Origin: Piromyces finnis finn
Taxonomy: Eukaryota; Fungi; Neocallimastigomycota
NCBI GenBank assembly: GCA_002104945.1
Contig: MCFH01000056.1
Location: forward strand, 124,001 to 188,000
Direction of reading: 5' to 3'
Length of the DNA stretch: 64,000 nt
Made by a program: the position numbers and the translations under genes. Every line of letters starts with the position of its first letter. Positions within the stretch are counted from its first letter, which is position 1. Of this stretch, positions 23,960 through 34,248 are shown piece after piece. The notes below the pieces were generated by a model, which saw only the letters and a list, made by a program, of their open reading frames with translations, had not been told where the DNA came from and ran no database searches.

Positions 23960-25053
23960 ACTAAAATTTTAAACACACAAAAATTTTTGTTTTAAATTTT
24001 TCTTAAGAAATTTTATTATTGATTAGAGTTTGAGACTCTTAATCTGTGAAATAAATTTAATTAATAAATAATTTTATTAATAAGGTTAACAAAGAGAAAA
24101 AGTTACATTGTAAATATTACAGTTATATAATGAGATGTGATATAAGTTTCTTTTATGTTGTAGTAATTTAATATTAGTTTATTTATAATTTATTATATTA
24201 GGTGAAAAATATTTTATTACTATTAACTTCTCTCTTATTAATAATTTCACTTATAATATTTTCTTATTAATTATTAAAGCTCTTCTCTCTAATTATTAAT
24301 TATTTTTACATGAATATTTTTATATTATAAAATTCCTATAATATAATTGAATATCAATTATATAATGTAATGTATTCATAATATATGAATAATAATTAAA
24401 TAGGATATAGTATAATATATTTTACATTTTATATGAAATATTACTATATAAGGAAAGGTAATATAATACAAATAAGTATTACAATAAAATTAATACTAAT
24501 ATATAATATTAATATTTAAGAATATAATGAAATATGTACATGAATTCTATAACTAATATATAAATAATGTATTATAATATATATCAATTATTATATTATT
24601 ATTATGAAATATTATATATAAATTTCTAAAGATGAAATTGAATATTTTAAATAATAAAAATTATTTTAAATATTGGCTAATATGTAGCTAGACATATTAA
24701 TTTCATATCAGAAACTTCCCTGCTAGAATTGAGCTATAATTATTAATTATTTGATATAATTAAAATAATTATATGCGAAATAATTTAATAAAATTTATAT
24801 TGAAATATTTTTATAATTATATAAAAAAAATTAAAAATTTTTATAAAAATTTTTATATTTAAAAATTTTTTTTTTTTTTTGTTTTGTTTTGTTTATATAT
24901 ATATGTATATATCTTTCTATTATTATTAATAATTAATATAATTATTAATCTACTAAGTTATCAATCTTCCTCTTACTTATTATTATAATTATATACTTAT
25001 ATAGTTAGTATATATATATTTTAATACATTTATAATTTTATTTCATTTTATTT

Positions 25054-28000
25054 CTACTCCCTGAATGGTAATATATTTTTAAAATGGACATTTCTTTCTA
25101 AATATTGTCCCGTCAGTTCATCTTGTAATTTAGCTGTGTTCCAAGATATTTCTCTAATAATAAAAGGACCAATAAAATAGGGTTCTAACTTGTTTCTTTG
25201 TTGGTTCCTAATCTTTACCTTATCCCCTATTTTGTAGTTATTTTTATTGTTCATACTTTGTTGAGCTAATCTTCTACTTTTCCAATAATTTATCGTCCCT
25301 AGCATTTTACTGGCAGCTTGTTTTACCCATTTGGCGTGGTCTAGAAATCTTTCCATTAATAATTCTTCTATTGATCTTTCTTCTATACTTAATATTGAAT
25401 TTCTTATATTTATATCAATTGGAATATTTTCTGATCTTCCATACAAGAGTTCAAAACTTGAATAACCAGTAGAAACAGATTTACAAGTTCGAATAGCCCA
25501 TAATGCAATTGGTAACAATACATCCCAGTTTTCATTGTTATCAGAGAAATTTCTTAATTGCTTACCAATTTCTCTGTTTCTGTTTTCCACCAGTCCATTA
25601 GATTCCGGATGGTATGTACTAATGAAATGAATGTATACATCATAAAGATCTACAAATATTTTTGTGTACTCTGAAACAAATTGTACACCATTATCTGTTA
25701 TTATTAATTGTGGAGTTCCATGCCTACTAAATACTTCAACTAAGAAATTAGTTACGTCTTGAGAAATAGTAGTTCTAACTGGTTTTGCTTCCACCCATTT
25801 TGTAAAGTAATCCACACATACCATTATATATTTATTCCCAAGTGTGGTTTCTCTTAATGGACCTATAATATCAAGACCAAGTCTAACAAAGGGTGCTTCT
25901 ACAGGAGTTCTAAACTTTTCTGTCGGCTTTGGTAATGGCTCAGATTTATTTAACTGACATATTTTACATAAGGAGACATATTTTTTTACATCAATGATTA
26001 AATTTTTCCAATAAAATTTGTTTTTGATTCTTTCATAAGTTTTCTGTACTCCTTCATGTCCAATTCTATGCTCTTTTGCAATTATTTTAATTTTAGTGTA
26101 AGGGTCATCAATAATCTCCCTAAAATTATTATTATCCTTGAAATATAATTTATTGTCAATAGTGACAATTTTATCATTTAAAAATTTTTTCATAAAATCG
26201 GAAACAAATTTTTCGTTCTCCTCCTCGGTAAAATTGGAACTATTGGTTTTGTTGGAAATATCGATATTTTTGATATTATTATTATTATTATTATCATTAT
26301 TATTATTATTATTATTAATTTCCAAATTATCCAAATTATTAGCAATAAACTTATTAATGTTACTATTATTCTCATCTTTATTATTATTGTCATTACCATC
26401 AGAAATAGTAGTGTTAACAATTAAATTCTCTTTCAAAGTTATTCTGGATAAAGCATCAGCAATTTTATTAGCTTTTCCTGGTTGATAAATAATATTAACT
26501 TTTAATTGACTAAATTTATCACACCAGCGTTGATGTTTCTTTGTATTCGGTTCTCCTTTCTTAATGATGGGAACTAAAGGTTCATGATCAGTATAAAGAA
26601 TGGTTTGAAATGGATTCCCTAGAATATATGGTTCAAATTGTAAAAGACAATAATAAGCAGCAGTACCTTCTAATTCAGTAGTGGTATAATTTTCTTCCGT
26701 TTTCTTAATACTTCTACTAACAAAATAAACTGGGTGTTCAATATTGTCATCATATAACTGTAGTAAAACACCACCAATTCCATATCCACAAGCATCAGAT
26801 CTAATTATAAAAGGAACATCAAATTTAGGAAAACAAAGAGTTGGTGCATTAACTAGGCAATATATCAGATTTCTGAAACTTTGTTCTTGAATTTCTGTCC
26901 ATTCATATTTAATTTTTTTCTTTAATAGTTTGCAAAGAGGAGCTGCAATAGCAGAATAATTTTCAATAAAATTTCTGTAATAACTAGTCATACCTAAAAA
27001 TGAACGTAGTTCAGAAATATCTCGTGGTGGGTTCATTTCTTTAATAGATGCGACTTTCTTTTCCAAAGGAAGTAAGCCATCAATAGTAACCCGATGACCT
27101 AAAGCCTCTATTTCAAGTTGACAAAAAGAACATTTCTCAATATTTAACTTTAATTTGTTATTACGTAAAATAGTAAAAACTTTTCTTAAGTCATTAATAT
27201 GATCTTCAAAACTGGGAGAATAAATAATAATATCATCTAAATATATTTGAACACATTCATTAATTAAATCGAAAAAGATACGATTCATTTCACGCTGAAA
27301 AGTGGCAGGAGCATTAGTTAATCCAAAAGGCATAACTTTAAAATAATAGTTACCAAATTTAGTGGTAAAAGAAGTTTTATCCATATCTTCTTTGAACATA
27401 GGAATTTGATGATATCCACTAAATAAATCGATTGTTGAAAAGATTTTTGAGTCTTTAAGTGAGTCAAAAATTTCTTTGATTTTAGGTAGGGCGTATGCAT
27501 CTTTAACAGTTACATTATTTAATTTTCTAAAATCAATGCAAAGGCGCCATTTTCCATTTTTCTTCTTAACCATAACCACTGGAGAAGCCCACGGAGAATG
27601 AGACGGTTCAATTAGACCTTTATTAATTAGTTTTTCTAATTCTTCTTTTAAACCTGATAATTGAACTTGTGAAATATTATAAGCTTTTTGTTTAATAGGG
27701 CGCACATTATCCTCCAAAATAATGTGGTGTGGTAACAAATTTGATGGTTCCAAATCATCAGAAGATACAGCAATAACATCATTAAAATTTTTAAGAAGAG
27801 AACTAAATAAATTTTTATCAACATCGTTATCAACTTTGATATTAGAAATTATATTATTAATAATATCCATTTTATTATTATTATTATTTTCTATTTTGTT
27901 AGGTCTATTTTCTTCAACTACAGCTAAAATAGTACTAGCGGTTATATCTTCATAATCAAAATAAATATCTTCTACATCATTGGAATAGCAAGAAAGAGCT

Positions 28001-29493
28001 TGGGATTGAAATATAGAAATATCTTCAACATCAACAATAGGAATAAATTTATTATCAGAAGATTTCAAAATTAATGTTTTATCAACTGTATCAATCATAA
28101 TGCGATTTTCATTTTGTGTTTTAAATCCAATAATAGCATCATAAAATGAATCGTTTTTATCTGATATTCTAAATATAGAATCAAATTCAATTTTGCCTAT
28201 TTTTACATGAAGTTTCACTAGATCATATACTCTAGCAACATCATCAACCATTGCTTGTCTTATTCTTCCTCTAATTTGTCCTACAATTTCAAAATCTTTA
28301 ATTTTATTATCTAAAAAGGAGCGCGTAATTAAATTTGTATTACTACATGCATCAATAAATATAGCTGCTGAATGGGAATTGATTGTACCATGAACAACTG
28401 CAACATCATGATCGTTTACTTTGGTTCTTCCATCGATATTAATGAAATTATTATTTAATTTATACAAATTATTATTATTTTCATCAACTTCAGTGGTACT
28501 AATAGTAATATTATCCAACTTTAAATTCTTTAATCCCTTAATTAATTCAGCTTTGGACGTTTTACTAACACCTAAAAGTTGTCCAAAAGTAATATTAGCT
28601 GGAGTATTTAATAAATCGGTACATATATTATATTCTTCTGAATCTTTTAGCATTTGGATTGAAGTTTTTGTTTTTATACTATTAGAATTATCACTAGGTA
28701 ATATATTTTCCAAAGTGGATTCTTCATTTATACGCGTGTTTTTACGCGTTTTCTTTACCTTATTAGCTTCTTTCATATCTATATCGGTATTTAAACTAGT
28801 AGTCTTATTTTTCTTTGATTTATCTTCATTTTCTAATTTAAAATTTACTTTCTTGGTTTTATTATTCTTATCAATTGAATTATCATTAATATTATTATTC
28901 AATTTTATATTATTATTTATATCTTTTTCATTATTATTATTATCCGAAGTGTTATCTTTAATATTGCTATAATTATTTTTATTATTGATATTGATATTGT
29001 TATTAATATTATTATTATCATTATTATTTAAATTATTATTGTTAAAATTATTACTAGAATTATTAGTATTATTATTGGTATTAAAATTATTATTATAGAT
29101 ATCATCAAAATTATTACTAATATTATTGTTAAAATTATTTTCATTTGTAATATTGCTATTCATATTATTAAAATTGTTATTATTCATATTATTATTTAAA
29201 TTAGTTTTATTCATATTATTAATGTTATTATTAGTGTTAATATTAGTATTAATATTTTTAAAATTATTCTTTTCTCTTTCTGTATTAGGAATTCTGGAAT
29301 ATGGATTTTTAGCTTTTAATTTCTCATCTCGATGTCTTTTAGCTGCAGCAACAATAGCTTCATAATTAGGTGAATAAGTAGTTGCTGTAACATCGGGATT
29401 CATTGTATTATTATTATTATTATAGTAATAGTTATTATTAGTGTTGGCAGTTTGATTAACGGAAGTTTGCCCTCTTCCATAACCTAGTTTTTT
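25054..29493 (-). CDS. pol: B Pol, expressed by -1 frameshift (Asn-rich linker, PR, RT, RH, IN)
   Basis: Uninterrupted ORF; FIDACSNTNLI; YLDDIIIYS; RSDACGYGIG; HRIGH...CKIC; GLDIIG/ITDNG/ENRN; GPF; no chromodomain. Confidence 0.93.
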   Translation of the reverse strand, partial: KKLGYGRGQTSVNQTANTNNNYYYNNNNNTMNPDVTATTYSPNYEAIVAAAKRHRDEKLKAKNPYSRIPNTEREKNNFKNINTNINTNNNINNMNKTNLNNNMNNNNFNNMNSNITNENNFNNNISNNFDDIYNNNFNTNNNTNNSSNNFNNNNLNNNDNNNINNNININNKNNYSNIKDNTSDNNNNEKDINNNIKLNNNINDNSIDKNNKTKKVNFKLENEDKSKKNKTTSLNTDIDMKEANKVKKTRKNTRINEESTLENILPSDNSNSIKTKTSIQMLKDSEEYNICTDLLNTPANITFGQLLGVSKTSKAELIKGLKNLKLDNITISTTEVDENNNNLYKLNNNFINIDGRTKVNDHDVAVVHGTINSHSAAIFIDACSNTNLITRSFLDNKIKDFEIVGQIRGRIRQAMVDDVARVYDLVKLHVKIGKIEFDSIFRISDKNDSFYDAIIGFKTQNENRIMIDTVDKTLILKSSDNKFIPIVDVEDISIFQSQALSCYSNDVEDIYFDYEDITASTILAVVEENRPNKIENNNNNKMDIINNIISNIKVDNDVDKNLFSSLLKNFNDVIAVSSDDLEPSNLLPHHIILEDNVRPIKQKAYNISQVQLSGLKEELEKLINKGLIEPSHSPWASPVVMVKKKNGKWRLCIDFRKLNNVTVKDAYALPKIKEIFDSLKDSKIFSTIDLFSGYHQIPMFKEDMDKTSFTTKFGNYYFKVMPFGLTNAPATFQREMNRIFFDLINECVQIYLDDIIIYSPSFEDHINDLRKVFTILRNNKLKLNIEKCSFCQLEIEALGHRVTIDGLLPLEKKVASIKEMNPPRDISELRSFLGMTSYYRNFIENYSAIAAPLCKLLKKKIKYEWTEIQEQSFRNLIYCLVNAPTLCFPKFDVPFIIRSDACGYGIGGVLLQLYDDNIEHPVYFVSRSIKKTEENYTTTELEGTAAYYCLLQFEPYILGNPFQTILYTDHEPLVPIIKKGEPNTKKHQRWCDKFSQLKVNIIYQPGKANKIADALSRITLKENLIVNTTISDGNDNNNKDENNSNINKFIANNLDNLEINNNNNNNDNNNNNNIKNIDISNKTNSSNFTEEENEKFVSDFMKKFLNDKIVTIDNKLYFKDNNNFREIIDDPYTKIKIIAKEHRIGHEGVQKTYERIKNKFYWKNLIIDVKKYVSLCKICQLNKSEPLPKPTEKFRTPVEAPFVRLGLDIIGPLRETTLGNKYIMVCVDYFTKWVEAKPVRTTISQDVTNFLVEVFSRHGTPQLIITDNGVQFVSEYTKIFVDLYDVYIHFISTYHPESNGLVENRNREIGKQLRNFSDNNENWDVLLPIALWAIRTCKSVSTGYSSFELLYGRSENIPIDINIRNSILSIEERSIEELLMERFLDHAKWVKQAASKMLGTINYWKSRRLAQQSMNNKNNYKIGDKVKIRNQQRNKLEPYFIGPFIIREISWNTAKLQDELTGQYLERNVHFKNILPFRE

Positions 29494-30413
29494 GTATAAT
29501 ATGTAGAGTTCATGTGTGGGCAAAATCTGGCAATATGACCTGGTTCATGGCAGAAATAACAGGTCTTTATGTGTAAGTTCTGCATTCCGTTAATCAAATC
29601 ATTCATTTCATCATTTTGATTATTAATGCTAGTAGTTAATCTTGTATTATTATTAGAATTTGATATATTAGAATATTGTGTACTAGCACCATTATTCATA
29701 CTATTATAGCTTTTACTATAATTAACATTATTACCATTATTATTACTATTATTATTAACATTATTATTTACTTTAATATTATGTGGAGGATTGTAATTAT
29801 TGTAATTATTCGAATATCTAGGCCTACTATAAGTATAATTCGAATTATTATAATTGTTATTATTAGTACGACGGTAGTTCATAGACGAAGTACTAGCTCT
29901 AAGATTTGGACCATTATGAATTTCATAATATCTTTCAGCAATCCCCATAGCATCTTCAATTGATTTTGGATCTGCGAATGCAACCTTTTCATAAACATCA
30001 TCTTGTGCAACTAGAGCGAATTCATAGTCATACACAGAAATCTTGTCTTTGAATTCATCTGGCAGATCATCATAAAGCTTTATAAACTTTTTATCGAATT
30101 CTAATACATTTTCATTAACTTCAATTTTTAACATTTTTAATTTCCTAAATTTGGCAGCTTTATCATTGTTTGAATGATATTTCTTCATAAGTATTACTTT
30201 ACATTCATTAAGAGATAAGTCTCTATTTACTTTTCTCCTATGTTCCAGAATCGCTTTGGTAGCTTCTTCACGCGTACTAACCAAAATATAACGGTAGATA
30301 TCTTCATTAGCTACCTTTTCTATAGCTAACCAATTTTCTAAAAGATCCACCCAGGTATCTACATCTTGGTTAGTTCCTCCAATTGTTGGAAGTGGAATTT
30401 TAAATTCACCCAT
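29484..30413 (-). CDS. gag: B Gag (capsid-like region, Asn-rich region, CCHC knuckle)
   Basis: 309-aa ORF; CYFCHEPGHIARFC; ends at A AAA AAC TAG. Confidence 0.9.
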   Translation of the reverse strand: MGEFKIPLPTIGGTNQDVDTWVDLLENWLAIEKVANEDIYRYILVSTREEATKAILEHRRKVNRDLSLNECKVILMKKYHSNNDKAAKFRKLKMLKIEVNENVLEFDKKFIKLYDDLPDEFKDKISVYDYEFALVAQDDVYEKVAFADPKSIEDAMGIAERYYEIHNGPNLRASTSSMNYRRTNNNNYNNSNYTYSRPRYSNNYNNYNPPHNIKVNNNVNNNSNNNGNNVNYSKSYNSMNNGASTQYSNISNSNNNTRLTTSINNQNDEMNDLINGMQNLHIKTCYFCHEPGHIARFCPHMNSTYYTKN

Positions 30414-32899
30414 TATTGAATTGAAAATAGAATAAATAATTAAATGGTATTATTATATGAAATAAAAAAAAAAAATAAAATAAAAATAAATGTAATTCTT
30501 AATTATAAGATTAAAATAATGTAAATAATACAATATTTTAATTCTCTTTAAATAAAATAAAATAAAATAAAATAATTAAAATAGTTAGAATTAAAATAAG
30601 TAAGAAGATATAATATTTTAATTCACTTAGATAATGATAATTATAAAATAATTAGAATTAAAATAAGTAAGAGAATACAATATTTTAATTCACTTAAAAT
30701 AATATGAAAATTTCTTTAAAATAAAACTCACTATAACTAATATAGTTGGTAGTAAGCTTAATCAGATATTATAAAATAAGTAAAAATATTATAAAATATG
30801 TAATAATAATTCTTAAATATAAAATTCTTTATATATAATATAATGTTATATAGTAATATAACATAAAACTTTTCAAACTATTGAATAAAAATAAAATAAA
30901 TAATCTACCAACTAATAAACATATATGAATAAAAGATTAATCGTTTTTATTCTGGTCCGATTTCCCCAGTTTCTCTTATTCAATTATATAAAAATAATAA
31001 AATTGTATTAATAATAATATTCTTGTGGATATTAGAATATAACTTGACTAAAGTAAATACTCTAAATTTCACAAAATACAAAGGTAAAATAAAGAAAATA
31101 AAAATAACAATTAATTCAATTCAATAATATCGCGTTTATTTTCCACTTAATAATAAAACACTCAAACTAAATAATTAAATTCACCTATATTATAGATTTA
31201 ATTAACTAATATTAATATCTTTTATTCTACAACCTCACACTTCGCACCAATTTGATATAAGTTTCTTTTATGTTGTAGTAATTTAATATTAGTTTATTTA
31301 TAATTTATTATATTAGGTGAAAAATATTTTATTACTATTAACTTCTCTCTTATTAATAATTTCACTTATAATATTTTCTTATTAATTATTAAAGCTCTTC
31401 TCTCTAATTATTAATTATTTTTACATGAATATTTTTATATTATAAAATTCCTATAATATAATTGAATATCAATTATATAATGTAATGTATTCATAATATA
31501 TGAATAATAATTAAATAGGATATAGTATAATATATTTTACATTTTATATGAAATATTACTATATAAGGAAAGGTAATATAATACAAATAAGTATTACAAT
31601 AAAATTAATACTAATATATAATATTAATATTTAAGAATATAATGAAATATGTACATGAATTCTATAACTAATATATAAATAATGTATTATAATATATATC
31701 AATTATTATATTATTATTATGAAATATTATATATAAATTTCTAAAGATGAAATTGAATATTTTAAATAATAAAAATTATTTTAAATATTGGCTAATATGT
31801 AGCTAGACATATTAATTTCATATCAGATGTAAGGTCATGTGACCATAGAAAATAAAATAAAATAAATAAAAAAATAACTATCTCTACAACACGTAGACAT
31901 TACGTTTACAACACTTTTAATACATGTTTATGTTTTTATAATTTAGTCACGTGTGTTTATAAATATATGATATAGATAAATAAAATTATGTGTCCATAAA
32001 TGTTCACACAAATAAATTATAAAATTATATTAAGAAATATTTAAAAAATTTAGAAAAGGTTAAGATATGACCTTAACCCTTAATAAATTTTATAACAAAT
32101 AACTTTAACCCTTATCGTCAAAATTAAATAAGGAAAAACACGCGTATCTCCTTAACGAATGACGATTTTTGAATAAAAATATTTTGGATGAAACTACGTT
32201 CGTTAGAAAGCCACGCTCGAGATAAACAACATATCTTAAAATCAGGTCAATATCTCTTCTGGTTCATGAGATATTCCAATTTAAAGATATTTTGTTAGTA
32301 ATGATTAATTGTTTATTCAGAGAATGATCACCCCTGATGTATTGAACATAAATCATTCACCCAAAAGGATATAAATTATTGTTTTAATTAAATTAAAATT
32401 ATTTTCCGGAATTAATTAACTTTATTTTATAATTATTATTTCAATAACATATCTTATAATCTTTGAATTAAAAGATTATAATTATTAAAATTATATGCAA
32501 TGAATTATATTGTAATTAAGAAATAATTAATATTATAAATATATAAACAATAGTTATTTTTAATAATTAGTAATAAGTCTTAAGTTTAGTTTTAGTATTA
32601 TAAAATATATTATGAATATAATCATGTATTAAAAAGTTATTTTTATTATTAAATGTAAAATTACAATTAGTATAAATAGTTTAGAATAGTTTTATGAATT
32701 AAATCTTTGTAAAGATTATTATCTTATTAATACTTAATAAGTATTACTATTAAATAATCTTATTATTATGTATATTCTTTAAATAAAATAAAAAGAAATT
32801 ATTTTAACCATAATACATAATTTAATTATTCATCTATAAAACAATTAAGATTATTTTAATAAAACATTTTTTTTCTAACTTAGTTATCTTTAATCTTTT

Positions 32900-33737
32900 A
32901 TTTAATTTAATATTTTAATATTAAATTATAAGTTTAGTAAAACTTTTACATTTTAAGTTAACCCTAAAAGTAACTTAAAATAAGTTATAGTTTAATTAAT
33001 TACTGTACCAAAATTCTAAAATAAAATTAATCCTAAACACTGCATATATTTTAATTATTGAAAGAAAATAATAAACTTTAATTAATCGAGATCAAAATAT
33101 ATAACTTTTGTTAAATTAATTGTTAAATTAAATATTTAATAACTTCGTTAGTAAATTACACTTTAAAAGTAAACAAATAATAATAATTCATGTTATAAAA
33201 TAATATAATTAAACACTTTTATTAAAATATTAAAAATAATTATTACTTTAATTAATTGTAAAATAAACAACTTTTTATATTCTTTAACTTTTAATTGTTT
33301 CTTTTATTGTTATTTTTAATTACTTTTAATTACTTTTATTGTAAATAGTTATTAATTTTATTATTTTAATGTAAATAGTTTAAACTTAAAAGAAAATATA
33401 AATACATGTAAATATTCTTATTTTAATCATTGTTATTATTATTATCAATAAAGAAATATTCTATAGTTTAGTTGATATTTTTATAATTTTAATAATTACT
33501 TTTATAATTAAATAAATAAACTTTTAAATAATTAAATATTAGAAAAACGAGTGTTTCTAATAAAACAATTTAGTGTTTGTAATAAAACAATTTTATTAAT
33601 TTTTATAAAAACAATTTTAAATTCTAATACATAACTTATATAGTTATACTCAAAGATATAATATAATAATCACTTTTTGAAGTAAGATTCAAAATTAAGA
33701 TTATTATCAAATTATATCAATGGTCCTTCGAACCGGA
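32900..33737 (+). mobile_element. 5' LTR (left end uncertain) and tRNA-Tyr PBS of a truncated plus-strand gypsy element
   Basis: ...ATATCA (33719), one spacer base, then TGGTCCTTCGAACCGGA, complementary to the 3' end of eukaryotic tRNA-Tyr (..CCGG(C/U)UCGAAGGACCA, from memory). Patchy similarity to the LTR at 52919 (ccct.aaa..aacttaaaa; aatacatgtaa; acataactt). Confidence 0.6.
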
Positions 33738-34248
33738 GAATCAAAATAAGGTAAATATATAAAATTTTCTTTATATAAAAATTTCATATAGAATAGTAAA
33801 ATATTCTATGAAATTAATTAAATAATCAAGTTATATCAAGTTATAATAGTATAGAATAGATAGTTAATAGAATAGTTAAATATTCTCAATATTTTATCTA
33901 TTTAGAAATAAATAAAGTAATTTAGAGGCCTCGAACTCAAGACATTCGGACCAAAGTCTTAGTTACTAACCACTAAGACAATTTCATTGTTTCTACGATT
34001 CGTTACATGGCCCTCCTCGAGGATTCGGATACCAGACGAATCGAAAAGAACTAAACTAATTTATTAAATATTTAATCGAGTGAAATTTTTTTTTTATACA
34101 TTATAAGATTTTAATTACATGAAAATATATTTTAAAATAACTAAACTAAAATTAAGAAAATAATAAAATTTTTTTTAAATCTCTCTTCTCTTTTCATTTA
34201 CTATAAAATAAAATAATATAAAACAATATAAATTAAAGGTTTAACATT

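Larger units (their letters stand above)
24138..31825 (-). mobile_element. Apparently intact non-chromoviral Ty3/gypsy element B
   Basis: 573-bp LTRs TGATAT...ATATCA at 24138-24710 and 31253-31825; 4-bp TSD GATG at 24134-24137 and 31826-31829; tRNA-type PBS TGGTGCGAAGTGTGAGG from 31249; inserted in the copia 5' LTR. Confidence 0.95.
12335..32008 (-). mobile_element. Ty1/copia LTR retrotransposon, decayed, carrying nested gypsy A1 (in pol) and B (in the 5' LTR)
   Basis: gag-PR-IN-RT-RH order; PPT GAGGGGGAG at 12442-12450; internally deleted 3' LTR 12335-12441; 5' LTR 24045-32008 split by B; PBS at 24031-24044; TSD CAAAT at 12330-12334 and 32009-32013. Confidence 0.92.

Noticed and set aside
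24711-25053. env-like third ORF in element B
   Set aside because: Only ~340 bp of stop-rich AT sequence lies between pol and the 3' LTR.
33925-33979. Functional tRNA-Gln gene
   Set aside because: Acceptor and T stems do not pair; kept only as a tRNA-like finding.
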